The notes beneath the pieces are model-generated. The model did not search any database. It was not told where the DNA came from and saw only the letters and a list, made by a program, of their open reading frames with translations. A stretch of DNA of 64,000 bases from an uncultured delta proteobacterium (GTDB taxonomy: Bacteria; Desulfobacterota; Binatia; UBA9968), in NCBI GenBank assembly GCA_963840855.1, contig CAWJBB010000021.1:64001-128000 (forward strand). The letters are read 5' to 3'. Every line of letters starts with the position of its first letter. Within the stretch, counting starts at the first letter, position 1. Positions 37,888 through 46,840 of this stretch are shown here, one piece after another. The position numbers were made by a program, and so were the translations under genes.

Positions 37888-38739
37888 TCAGAGTCCATGA
37901 TCGATACTCTTGATCTTGTCCAATCGAACGCTTTGTCTATGAATAGCCGCCGCCCAGCGTTTCTTTGTCCGGCGGTCGACGCCCTCTGATGACAGGTAGC
38001 TGGTCAAAAAATACCAACGCTCCGTTTGCTTGAGAAATTTTCCCAGGGTTCGGTTCAATTGCACGAGGTTCTTAATACGCCGGTTTCGGTTCAGGTGGAC
38101 GTCCCGGCGCACTCCTTCCAAATCTAGAAGAAAAACACCCTCCTCCAGAGCGCCGCTCTGCGGCGCAATTAGAATATTCGCGTCCTTAAGATCATTGTGA
38201 TAAACGTCATGATTGTGCATGCGAGAAAACAACCCGGCGAGATGCTGGAGAAACCCGCGCCGGCGCTGGGCGCCCTTGCGGGTCGGTAGGGTCGCTAACT
38301 TTTCCTTCCAGTAGGCGTCCGCGGTTTTTCCGTCCTTGATCTCTTCGCTTAGGTAGAAGCTTTTGAGCAGCATTCCGGCGGTTCGCTGTTCGATGGCGGC
38401 AACGGGACGCGCCGTCGCGATGCCGATGGCTGATAGAGCGGCCGCGCCGCGAAGTGATTTCTCTGCGCCGGAGCAAGCAAAAATAGACTGAAGACGGTAG
38501 CGGAGAGAAAAAGCGTTGTAACGCTTGATATAGACGACTATTTTTTTTCCACCCCATTCGAGGGGCGCGCGCCCGACTTTGATCTTCCGTTGGTCTTTAA
38601 TGATGACGCAATCTGAACGCTCAAACAGACGGTCAGGGTCTGCCATCAGATCAATCATCGATGGGCTGGCCAGGTCTCGCGCGAGCCACATGGATGAGTT
38701 TTCATGTCGCACTGAAACAAAATCAGGAAACTCTTTCAC
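37888..38739 (-). CDS. LPS kinase (Kdo/WaaP/InaA family)
   Basis: YIKRY, HNDLKDANIL, LLDLE, NLVQLN. Confidence 0.85.
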   Translation of the reverse strand: MKEFPDFVSVRHENSSMWLARDLASPSMIDLMADPDRLFERSDCVIIKDQRKIKVGRAPLEWGGKKIVVYIKRYNAFSLRYRLQSIFACSGAEKSLRGAAALSAIGIATARPVAAIEQRTAGMLLKSFYLSEEIKDGKTADAYWKEKLATLPTRKGAQRRRGFLQHLAGLFSRMHNHDVYHNDLKDANILIAPQSGALEEGVFLLDLEGVRRDVHLNRNRRIKNLVQLNRTLGKFLKQTERWYFLTSYLSSEGVDRRTKKRWAAAIHRQSVRLDKIKSIDHGL

Positions 38740-39877
38740 TTTGTTTCACGGCGCGCACTTCCTTGAGCACGGCTTCAAGTTGATGAAAATGATTCCGCCA
38801 GGAATAATCCTCGCCCAAATTTCTCGCTTTCTTTCTGTAAGACGGCTCCTTCGACCACAGCAATTGGGCAGTGATCTTCTCCGCCAACTGGCTCGGATCA
38901 TCAGGATTATTTACGATTCCCTGCGCCAAGCTTTCCCGTAAAACTTCGGCCGCGCCGACGCCGCGGGTGACCACGACCGGCAGACCGCAAGCCAGTCCCT
39001 CCAGGACCACGTTGCCGAAAGCTTCTTGAATCGAAGGCAGAGCGACCACATCCGCTGCGCCGTAAAATTTTTCGACGGCTTCCTGCCGCCCGGTAAATAT
39101 AATGCGCTTCCCGGCCGAAGCCTTGGCGCGCGCACGGTACTGGTCAATTCTCGCGTCTTCGCCCACCACTAAAAGGTAGGCGTCTCGCAAACTAGGCGAG
39201 TCCCAGATGGCGAGCAAACGGTCGAGCCCTTTGCGGCGAAAGCCGCTGCCAACAAAAGCCACCAGCGGCGCATGGCCGGGTATGCTCCACTCTTGGCGAA
39301 TCCGGCAGCGCCATTTCTCCCGCAATGAAAGATGAAAACGATCCAGATCCACGCCGTTATAGAGCACGGCGATGCGGTCCGCAGGCGCGCCGTAATGGTT
39401 AATGATGTCGCGCTTCACTTCCTGCGACACGGCGATGATCTGGCTATAACGTCCCGTGGAATACTGCCTATTTTCCAGCGCCAATAGGCTCCGATGGTAA
39501 ACACTCAACCGCTGCCAAAGTCGCCGCAGCGCTCCACCCTCTGCGCCGAGCCGCTCGAGAAACCCCCGGTGCGTACCGCCGCCGCTGCGCACGACATCCT
39601 GGGTTACCATGCGACCGAAACCGACGACGATGTCGCACCGATGCCTACGGACAGTTTCGGGTCCCCATGTGGCTAGACTCCACAGTCGGGCCGTGCGGCC
39701 CAGTGGCAGGACGGGAATGCGATGGGAAAATGTCTCCAGGGGTGCTTCGACTCCGTACTCCGCGCAAAAAAGATGCACTTCGTGGCCGAGGTCCCGCAAT
39801 CCTTCCGCCGTCCGATATAAATCTCTCTCGGTGCCGCCCTTTAGATCAAGACGTTTGTGGGCAAGGGCGATTTTCAT
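38723..39877 (-). CDS. Glycosyltransferase family 4 (WaaG-like)
   Basis: GGTER, GSGFRRKG, EAFGNVVLEGLACG. Confidence 0.88.
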   Translation of the reverse strand: MKIALAHKRLDLKGGTERDLYRTAEGLRDLGHEVHLFCAEYGVEAPLETFSHRIPVLPLGRTARLWSLATWGPETVRRHRCDIVVGFGRMVTQDVVRSGGGTHRGFLERLGAEGGALRRLWQRLSVYHRSLLALENRQYSTGRYSQIIAVSQEVKRDIINHYGAPADRIAVLYNGVDLDRFHLSLREKWRCRIRQEWSIPGHAPLVAFVGSGFRRKGLDRLLAIWDSPSLRDAYLLVVGEDARIDQYRARAKASAGKRIIFTGRQEAVEKFYGAADVVALPSIQEAFGNVVLEGLACGLPVVVTRGVGAAEVLRESLAQGIVNNPDDPSQLAEKITAQLLWSKEPSYRKKARNLGEDYSWRNHFHQLEAVLKEVRAVKQSERVS

Positions 39878-40109
39878 TCCCGGCGCGTCTTCCTGGCTTT
39901 GACGACGATATTGTCAGATAGCAGAAGCGGCGCGCTAAACAGCCATCGCAAGATTTGCCAATTATATCGCCGTTGGACCGGATCTTTCTCGGCGCGGATG
40001 ACGGCTTTCAGACTAAAAACCCACATCAGCGTATAGAATAAAATCGCGAAAAAACCGGCGTAAACTTGATCCGAGTCTTGTCCAGTTTCTGCGCCATGAT
40101 AACGCTCAC
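39874..40109 (-). pseudogene. Possible internally deleted gene remnant (GT2-like start, orphan C-terminus)
   Basis: GTG 40109 (MSVIM...) overlaps the upstream stop (GTGA). A different frame ends ...KARKTRRE* and overlaps the next start (ATGA). Confidence 0.4.
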
Positions 40110-40987
40110 TGTCCCGGAGTATCCCAGCGCATAAGCCGGCGAAAACTTCCAGAGGCATCGACGGCATCGCACTCTCTGCGCCGCTGCCGGGTTTTTTGCT
40201 CCAGCCACTGAACCAATTTACGGTCCCGGCGCGCGAGCTTTTTGCGCCTCGTATAGGCGTGAAAAAATCGCATGCGGTCCTGGAGCGAAATGCCGGCAAG
40301 CGGAAACCGATTGAGTTGAACCAGATTGCGCCGCCACAGCCGGTGCGGCAACCAGGTTGGATAGCGGCGCGTGCGGTCGTTGTCCATAAAACAGAAACCC
40401 ATGGTTCCGTCCGTTGTCGACGCAACAAAAATATTGCCTGGCACGAGGTCGCCGTGGACAAAACCGAGATCATGGAGCCTTCTGATTTCCATTGCCAATT
40501 GCGCTAGAGCCTGGCGCTTTTGGCGCAATGAAATTCCCGATGCCTGTTTCTCCCAATGATCGCGCAAGAAAAACGGCAAAGGGCAGCCATTCACCGGCAA
40601 CGTGACCACGAAGGAGCGGCGCAGCAGGTTTGCATATCGCTCCTCCCCCGCGCCGATCGCGATGGGGGAGTTGAAACCCAAGCCGGCGAAACTCTCCGTC
40701 AGCACTAGCGAGCGCACGGCCTTGGAGCGGCGGAAAAAATCCTTGAGCGATCCCAAAGCGGAAGCTCCGTAAAATGCCTTGAGAAACAGCGGCTGCGCTG
40801 CTCCCGCCAGGCGAATTTCCACGGTGCGGGGATGGCGGCCCGGACGTTCTGCCGCCAGACGGTCGCGCAACTCGTCCCAGAGCTTTTGATTCCAAAGATC
40901 GCTGCGAAACCACAGGCGCCAGGCGCCATCTCGTTCGCTAATATACTGAGACACGGACTTCTGGACGAACATCGCGCGCCGTCTCAT
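40106..40987 (-). CDS. LPS kinase (Kdo/WaaP/InaA family)
   Basis: LFLK, HGDLVPGNI, FMDND, NLVQLN. Confidence 0.83.
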   Translation of the reverse strand: MRRRAMFVQKSVSQYISERDGAWRLWFRSDLWNQKLWDELRDRLAAERPGRHPRTVEIRLAGAAQPLFLKAFYGASALGSLKDFFRRSKAVRSLVLTESFAGLGFNSPIAIGAGEERYANLLRRSFVVTLPVNGCPLPFFLRDHWEKQASGISLRQKRQALAQLAMEIRRLHDLGFVHGDLVPGNIFVASTTDGTMGFCFMDNDRTRRYPTWLPHRLWRRNLVQLNRFPLAGISLQDRMRFFHAYTRRKKLARRDRKLVQWLEQKTRQRRRECDAVDASGSFRRLMRWDTPGQ

Positions 40988-42014
40988 GGCGCGCTAATGC
41001 TTTGTCGATCATTGCCAAAATGGCACCGACATCTATGGACTGCATGCAAATCCGGCCAATGGAACAGGTCTTACGATAACAGGGCGAACAGTCGGCCTTG
41101 CCGCGAATGACCAGATCATCGAATCCGTAAGGTCCTGTGCGCACCGGGTCTGTCGCGCCCCAGAGCGATACCACGGGCGTGCCCACGGCGGCGGCGATAT
41201 GCATCAGGCCGGTATCCGGGCCGAGACAAAAACGCGCCCGCGCTATGATCGCGACGGCGTCGCGGAGCGATGTCCGGCCGACCAAATTGATGACTTTACC
41301 TTGCCCCATCGTCTCGGCTTCGTTGCCGAGCGCTTGGTCGGCGGGGGCGCCGAGAAATACGACGTCAAAGCCATATCGCCGGCGGATCTCGGCGGCCGCG
41401 GCCGCGATTTGCGATGCGAACCACCGTTTACTTTCCCAGCGGCTGCCGATGAACAAAACTCCGAAGTCTCGCCGCGTTGCGCCGAGAAGCCTTTCAGCCT
41501 TCCCATAGTCCTCCGCCGTCAATCCCAAGTTCCATTCGATGGGTCTTGGATCGATGCCTAAATACTCGGCGAATTTCGTGTAATGCAGTATTTTCGGCGT
41601 GTCATCGCCGGCCGCGGAGATGTAGCGATTATTGAATAGCCAGTTGAACTCCTTGGCGTCCGACCAGTGAAATCCCAACCGGTAGGGCGCGCCGGACCAG
41701 CGGCTGATCAAACCGCTTTTCAAATGACGCTGCATGTCGAGAACCAGATCGAAACGCCGCGCCCGGATGGCCTTCAGGAACCGGAAGAACGCTGTCACGC
41801 CGCGCGGCCTGTCGAATACGATGATTTCATCCACAGCGCGACAAAGCTCGACCAGCGGCAGCGACGCCGGCTCCACGGACCAAGCGAGGGTTGCGTTAGG
41901 AAAGCGACGGCGCAATAAACCCGCCAGCGGCAAAGCACGGGTCACATCACCGATGGAGCCGTGCAGCAGAATGAGAATTTTCTTCGGCTCAATTGCCAGT
42001 GGCGCTGGTGTCAT
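40938..42014 (-). CDS. Glycosyltransferase family 9 heptosyltransferase (WaaC-like)
   Basis: GSIGDV, SKRW, GRTSL, DTGLMHIAAA, GATDP. Confidence 0.88.
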   Translation of the reverse strand: MTPAPLAIEPKKILILLHGSIGDVTRALPLAGLLRRRFPNATLAWSVEPASLPLVELCRAVDEIIVFDRPRGVTAFFRFLKAIRARRFDLVLDMQRHLKSGLISRWSGAPYRLGFHWSDAKEFNWLFNNRYISAAGDDTPKILHYTKFAEYLGIDPRPIEWNLGLTAEDYGKAERLLGATRRDFGVLFIGSRWESKRWFASQIAAAAAEIRRRYGFDVVFLGAPADQALGNEAETMGQGKVINLVGRTSLRDAVAIIARARFCLGPDTGLMHIAAAVGTPVVSLWGATDPVRTGPYGFDDLVIRGKADCSPCYRKTCSIGRICMQSIDVGAILAMIDKALARHETARDVRPEVRVSVY

Positions 42015-42753
42015 AGTAACGGTCCAAGAAATCTTTCCAGGCCGCTTCCGAAATATACCGCCCCAACGGGTCGAGCTTGCGCGCCGATCGGCGCAGTCGC
42101 TTGAGATTTCTTTCAGCGATCTGGTCCGGCAGCTGCCCTAAAAACAGCGTCGCTTTGTCGAAATCAATAATATATCCCTTGAGCCCACTGTTTTCACGGC
42201 GCACCAGGATATTTTTCAGATTGAGATCCCGGTGATAAACACCCTCGCGGTGCAAGCGTTTGACGCCGTCGGCGGCCGCGCGCAATATCGCCGCCGTGTC
42301 AAATCCACGTACAAAACTGCTGCTCACAGTCTCCCAGAGGTCCCGGGCACCGGTGAGCTCGCGGGTGATGAACCAGCCGCGGTAGAAAGGCCCCCATAGA
42401 GGCTCAACGCACGCGCCACAAGGCTCTACGGTAGGTACGCCTCGGCGGTGCAACTCTTCGCTAACGGCCAATTCGCGCAGGGGGCGGGGCGGCCAGGTGA
42501 AAAATATGTTTTGAGTCAAGCCGTGAAACATACCGCCGTGGCGATAAGAGCGGACCAACGCCCGCTCCCCGTCGGTAAGGCGCAGGCAACGCAATTGTTC
42601 CCGCCCGTGATAAGGGCTCACATCCCCAGCTTTGTCGCATACCATTTCGATGGACAAGCTGTCCCCGAGATTCTCCCGCACCACCAACAAGCGCCCGCGC
42701 TGGTCGTGCGCCGTTATGAAACCGGGTGGTATGAATCTCCATCCCCAATCCAT
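41989..42753 (-). CDS. Kdo kinase-like LPS kinase (KdkA-like)
   Basis: GR...VRSYRHGG, RPLREL, HRDLNLKNIL, IIDFDK, NLKRLRRS. Start reset to ATG 42753. Confidence 0.8.
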   Translation of the reverse strand: MDWGWRFIPPGFITAHDQRGRLLVVRENLGDSLSIEMVCDKAGDVSPYHGREQLRCLRLTDGERALVRSYRHGGMFHGLTQNIFFTWPPRPLRELAVSEELHRRGVPTVEPCGACVEPLWGPFYRGWFITRELTGARDLWETVSSSFVRGFDTAAILRAAADGVKRLHREGVYHRDLNLKNILVRRENSGLKGYIIDFDKATLFLGQLPDQIAERNLKRLRRSARKLDPLGRYISEAAWKDFLDRYYDTSATGN

Positions 42754-42826
42754 AACGTTGAGTGACGCGCGCGCTTTGATGCGCCCGATGACCGTGGACG
42801 TCTGAGTTGCCGCACTATCGGTCGCT

Positions 42827-43921
42827 TCAGACAAAAACAAACTCCGGCTGGCAGCCCGCCGCCGCTTTTTTCTCGCCGCGGCGCTTGAGCAAGCTCTCCA
42901 CTGCTTGCAGCACATGCTCCGGGCGAATAAGCTGGATGCAATCCTCGGTGCCGAGCGGGCAACGCCGGCCGCCGTGGCTACTGCAGGGACGGCAGGGCAA
43001 GTCTTTTTGCAAAACCACAGCGTCGCTTGAGTATGGATAGAACCCCAGCGCCGGTGTCGTCGCGCAAAACAGCGCCACGGTAGGCACGCCGCGGGCAACG
43101 GCAATATGCATGGGGCCGCTGTCGTTGGTAACAAAAACATCTAAGGCGCCCAGCGCCGCCGGCAATTCCCTCAGAGTGAACCTGGCCGCAAGATTGATGC
43201 AATCCGAACCGCAAGCCTCCTTGATCGAGCCGGCAATCTGCGCGTCTTCGGGTCCGCCGAAAATAATCACCTCGCAATTCCAGCGGGCTTTGACTAGTTT
43301 AATGAATTGGGTATACCCCTTCACGTCCCATCTCTTGGTGGCCCAAACCGATCCCGGATTCACGCCGATGAGCGGCCGCTCACCGGCTTTTTTCATGCCC
43401 AGGAGTTCAAGGTCAACCGACGTTTGACCATCGCGGGTTCCAACCCCATCGAACCGGCGCTGGCAATCTTCGGTCGCGATTCCGAAGGCACTAAGCAATG
43501 AGAGGTTTCTTTCGACATCGTGGCGCCCGGCGGGGCGATCAACGAGACGGTTGAACAGAAACCAACCTTTACTCTGGCGAAAGCCGATGCGGCAGGGGAT
43601 GCGCGCAAGATACAAAATCAGCGCGCTACGTAAAGACTTGTGGGGTGTCAGCGCTAACGTAAATGCCATTTGCCGCAGGCGCAGCGCTTGGCGCCAAAGA
43701 CCGGACCAGCCGCGGTGCGCGCCCTTTTTATCGTCGACGATGACGTCATCGATAGCAATGCAGCTCTCAGCGATTTCCCTACCCGGTGGGCTGCAGAAAA
43801 AAGTCAATCTTGCGCGTGGAAAGCGGTGCTTGATTTCCGTGAGCAGCGGCAGCGTGAGAACCGTATCGCCGAGAAAACTCGTTTGCAACACCAAGACGTT
43901 TTCCCACTGGGCGGTAGCCAT
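42827..43921 (-). CDS. waaF: LPS heptosyltransferase II (GT9)
   Basis: QTSFLGD, HKSLRS, PGSVWATKRW, NDSGPMHIA, CRPCSSHG. Confidence 0.85.
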   Translation of the reverse strand: MATAQWENVLVLQTSFLGDTVLTLPLLTEIKHRFPRARLTFFCSPPGREIAESCIAIDDVIVDDKKGAHRGWSGLWRQALRLRQMAFTLALTPHKSLRSALILYLARIPCRIGFRQSKGWFLFNRLVDRPAGRHDVERNLSLLSAFGIATEDCQRRFDGVGTRDGQTSVDLELLGMKKAGERPLIGVNPGSVWATKRWDVKGYTQFIKLVKARWNCEVIIFGGPEDAQIAGSIKEACGSDCINLAARFTLRELPAALGALDVFVTNDSGPMHIAVARGVPTVALFCATTPALGFYPYSSDAVVLQKDLPCRPCSSHGGRRCPLGTEDCIQLIRPEHVLQAVESLLKRRGEKKAAAGCQPEFVFV

Positions 43922-43924
43922 GAC

Positions 43925-44092
43925 TTATAGTGGGGTAGCTTCTTCGATCAGCATCACCGGAATGTCATCTTTGATCGGATACATAAGGCGGCAGGCGTCA
44001 CATACCAGACCATCGCCATTTTCGTTCAAGTGAATGTCCCCTTTGCATTTGGGACAGGCCAGTATGTCCAACAGCTCCTGGTTAATCGCCAT
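43925..44092 (-). CDS. Trm112/YcaR family small protein (55 aa)
   Basis: Hand translation MAINQELLDILACPKCKG...VCDAC...YPIKDDIPVML; AGGAG RBS. Below the ORF-track cutoff. Confidence 0.92.
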   Translation of the reverse strand: MAINQELLDILACPKCKGDIHLNENGDGLVCDACRLMYPIKDDIPVMLIEEATPL

Positions 44093-44161
44093 GATTTTCT
44101 ACTCCTAAGTCTTTCCTCTAGCAGGCTGCCGAATAAGACTCGTTTGCTGCCCACAAACACT

Positions 44162-45034
44162 TCACGCCATCTCTCCTTTGCGGTACGGGACCTGCGCGTC
44201 CCTGCCGCGGCGATAGCCGCGTTGCGTTTGCAATGGGTCGCGGTTGACGAAAAAGCGGCCGAACATCGGATGGTGCAAACTGCGCACCTCGTGCTCTAGA
44301 GCGAACACCGGCGCGCCCCCGTCAACATCCACGATATCTTTAAAGCGAAACTGGTGATTGCGCACCTCCTCGGAAATCAGCCCGCGCTCTTTGAGCATCC
44401 CATAGGGGCGGGAAAAGTTGGAAACATAAATGGCAATGTGATGGCCGTCATAAGGTCTAAGGGCCCGGTCCGTTTCTCTGAAATTGAGGTATTGATGACG
44501 CCCCAGATTTATCCGGCCCACTACCGCGCCGCCAGCGCTCTCCAACGACCCGCTCGCGCCCAAGAACTGGTCATAAAATTTGACGATGGCGGCCGCCGCT
44601 CCCCGCGGCACTGAAAATTCGACATAGGGGATACCCACGCCCATGTCGCCGAAGCCGGCGCCGGCTTCGTAGCAGCGATATTCGTTGCCCCAGGGACAGG
44701 TAGCGGAAATCGTATCGCCGCTTCTACGCCATGCGAACCGCGTTCCGCCGAGTCCCTCCTGCACGGCGGTCAAACGCATTTCCAGCGCGTTAAGATCAGG
44801 CACCACCAAACCGATATGGCCGTCGATGACCTGTGGGGTTCGCGTCGGCAGGTGAAACTGCTGGTCACCGGCGTTGACCCACATATTATTTAGCCCAACG
44901 TTAAGATAGGGGTCGCGGGTAAACCCCAGCCCTACGACATAGAAAAGTGTCGCCAACGCCTGGTCGGAAATTTGCACGTTGACATGCTCCAGCAGCACGA
45001 TATTGCCTACGTCTTCGTCTGTGTATGCGGTCAT
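44162..45034 (-). CDS. Conserved hypothetical protein, glyoxalase/VOC-like fold
   Basis: LEHVNV...FY..GLG, QFHL, GHIGL, DGHHIAIY; GAGGTG RBS. Confidence 0.6.
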   Translation of the reverse strand: MTAYTDEDVGNIVLLEHVNVQISDQALATLFYVVGLGFTRDPYLNVGLNNMWVNAGDQQFHLPTRTPQVIDGHIGLVVPDLNALEMRLTAVQEGLGGTRFAWRRSGDTISATCPWGNEYRCYEAGAGFGDMGVGIPYVEFSVPRGAAAAIVKFYDQFLGASGSLESAGGAVVGRINLGRHQYLNFRETDRALRPYDGHHIAIYVSNFSRPYGMLKERGLISEEVRNHQFRFKDIVDVDGGAPVFALEHEVRSLHHPMFGRFFVNRDPLQTQRGYRRGRDAQVPYRKGEMA

Positions 45035-45094
45035 AATTCACCTCAAAATATTATTTTTGACAGCTTTTAGAGCTTACCCAAATCTTTTCAATTA

Positions 45095-45139
45095 GTTCAA
45101 GCCGTTCGGCGAGACCGGGTAGTTTGAACGATTTGAACT
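45095..45139. repeat. Short degenerate GTTCAA / TTGAAC inverted element with 9-bp period
   Basis: GTTCAAGCC GTTCGG ... GTTTGAACG ATTTGAACT. Confidence 0.5.
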
Positions 45140-45168
45140 TTTTGCGGTTCATTTTCTATTCTCTGCTA

Positions 45169-46110
45169 TCAATAACCCAGGGTCTGAATCCACTGCCACT
45201 GCCAGGCCAGACCTTCTTCCAAGTTCACGCTCGGCGCATAAGCGATCTTTGAGCGCGCCGCTTCCAGGCTCGCGCTGGTGTGGCGTACGTCCCCCTTTTG
45301 CCGGTCGCATCGTTTCAACCGCGCCTTGCGCCCCGCGATGCGCTCAAGCAGGGCGATGGCGTTGAGCAGGCTCGTTTCCGAGCCGCCACCGAGATTAAAC
45401 ACTTCCCCCGAACCGGGATAATTCGCCGCACCGAGCACACCGTCGATTATATCTGAGCAATATGTAAAATCGCGGGTCTGCTCGCCGTCATCGTATAGCG
45501 GTATCTCTTCGCTACGCAACAAGCCACGCATGAATATGTGAAAAAACATATCGGGACGCTGGCGCGGTCCGTAAACGGTAAAGAAGCGCAGCGCCACCGT
45601 GGGCACGGCGAAGGCTTTGCAATAGAGGTAACAAAGATGTTCCGCCGCCAATTTGCTTACACCATAAGGCGACACGGGGCGGGTCAAGCCATCCTCGCGC
45701 ATGGGCAAGTCGCTTGTGTCACCGTACACCGATGAGGTGGAGGCGTACACAAATTTTCTGAGTTTCTTGCCTTTAGCGGCTTCGAGCAGCATCTGGGTGG
45801 CCATGACGTTGTTTTCCGTGTACCGGGCAAACTCCGTACCCCAACTCGCGCGCACCCCCGGCTGGCCCGCCAGGTGGAAAAGATAGTCCACGCCGTCCAG
45901 CAACTGATGAAGGTCTAGACCCATGACATCACGGTCGATGAACTTGCATCGCTCGTGACCGCGAAGGCCGGAGAGATTGTTTTCTTTGAAAGGCTGCGGG
46001 TAGTTGTCGAGAAACTTATCGACGCCGACTACCTCGTGGCCCAGCTGAAGAAGTTTTTCAGCCAGATGCGAGCCGATGAAGCCGGCCACACCCGTGATCA
46101 CGGATTTCAT
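45169..46110 (-). CDS. NAD-dependent UDP-sugar 4-epimerase (UDP-glucuronate/UDP-glucose type)
   Basis: TGVAGFIG, HLAGQPGVR, STSSVYG, YGVSK, FTVYGPRQRPDM. Confidence 0.9.
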   Translation of the reverse strand: MKSVITGVAGFIGSHLAEKLLQLGHEVVGVDKFLDNYPQPFKENNLSGLRGHERCKFIDRDVMGLDLHQLLDGVDYLFHLAGQPGVRASWGTEFARYTENNVMATQMLLEAAKGKKLRKFVYASTSSVYGDTSDLPMREDGLTRPVSPYGVSKLAAEHLCYLYCKAFAVPTVALRFFTVYGPRQRPDMFFHIFMRGLLRSEEIPLYDDGEQTRDFTYCSDIIDGVLGAANYPGSGEVFNLGGGSETSLLNAIALLERIAGRKARLKRCDRQKGDVRHTSASLEAARSKIAYAPSVNLEEGLAWQWQWIQTLGY

Positions 46111-46151
46111 AACCAACTCCCGCGCGGTCTTCTTGGATCAAGCATCGGTCA

Positions 46152-46267
46152 GTCAATAAACGAAGCCACTTCGTGGGTGGGGTTTTGACCCCGCCCTTGA
46201 CCCAAGGGGATGCTCGCCCCCTTTGGAAACTCCATAATGTTGTTCCCGCCTCAAGAGGCGGGGTTTA
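46152..46267. repeat. Structured dispersed repeat, long copy with four hairpins
   Basis: ACGAAG/CTTCGT, GGGTGGGGT/ACCCCGCCC, CCAAGGGG/CCCCTTTGG and CCCGCCTC/GAGGCGGG; first 61 nt shared with 33592-33652. Confidence 0.85.
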
Positions 46268-46840
46268 CGAAGAATCAATATTCAGGGGGGGAATCCAGCG
46301 CGCCGCTTCCCATAGACTCGCCACCACCTGTGCGACTCCCTGGGGAATCTCAATGGGTGGGTCGCCGAGAGTATGAATCCAAATTCCCTTAGCGCCACTC
46401 CGTGCCGCAAGTTCCATATCGGTGAATTGATCCCCCACGACGTAGGAGCGAGATGCCGCCACGCCCAGTTCCGCTGTGGCTTGCCGGATCATACCGGTGT
46501 TGGGCTTGCGGCAATCGCAAACGGTTTTGTACGGCGCGAATCCCTCGCTGGGATGATGCGGGCAATAGTAGACGCCGTCCACTTGCGCTCCCGACCGTGC
46601 GAGGCGGCCCAAGAGCTCCCGGTGAATATCCGCCAAGAGACTCTCGGTCAAATCACCCCGGGCAATTACAGATTGATTCGTAATCACTACGACCTTATAG
46701 CCCTTTTCCCTGAGTAACCGAAGCGCTTCGGGTACTTTGGGGAGAATTTCTAGTTGCTCTTTGCGGCATAGATGACCAACGTCGCGGATCAGTGTGCCGT
46801 CGCGGTCGACGAAAACCGCAGCCTGGCCACCCTCGCCCAT
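46265..46840 (-). CDS. gmhB: D,D-heptose 1,7-bisphosphate phosphatase
   Basis: DRDGT, ITNQS, CPHHP, CDCRKP, VGD. Confidence 0.92.
   Translation of the reverse strand: MGEGGQAAVFVDRDGTLIRDVGHLCRKEQLEILPKVPEALRLLREKGYKVVVITNQSVIARGDLTESLLADIHRELLGRLARSGAQVDGVYYCPHHPSEGFAPYKTVCDCRKPNTGMIRQATAELGVAASRSYVVGDQFTDMELAARSGAKGIWIHTLGDPPIEIPQGVAQVVASLWEAARWIPPLNIDSS

Noticed and set aside
33592-46212. Genomic island or composite transposon bounded by the 61-bp direct repeats
   Set aside because: No integrase, transposase or tRNA, and the enclosed block contains core LPS genes continuous with the flanking operon.
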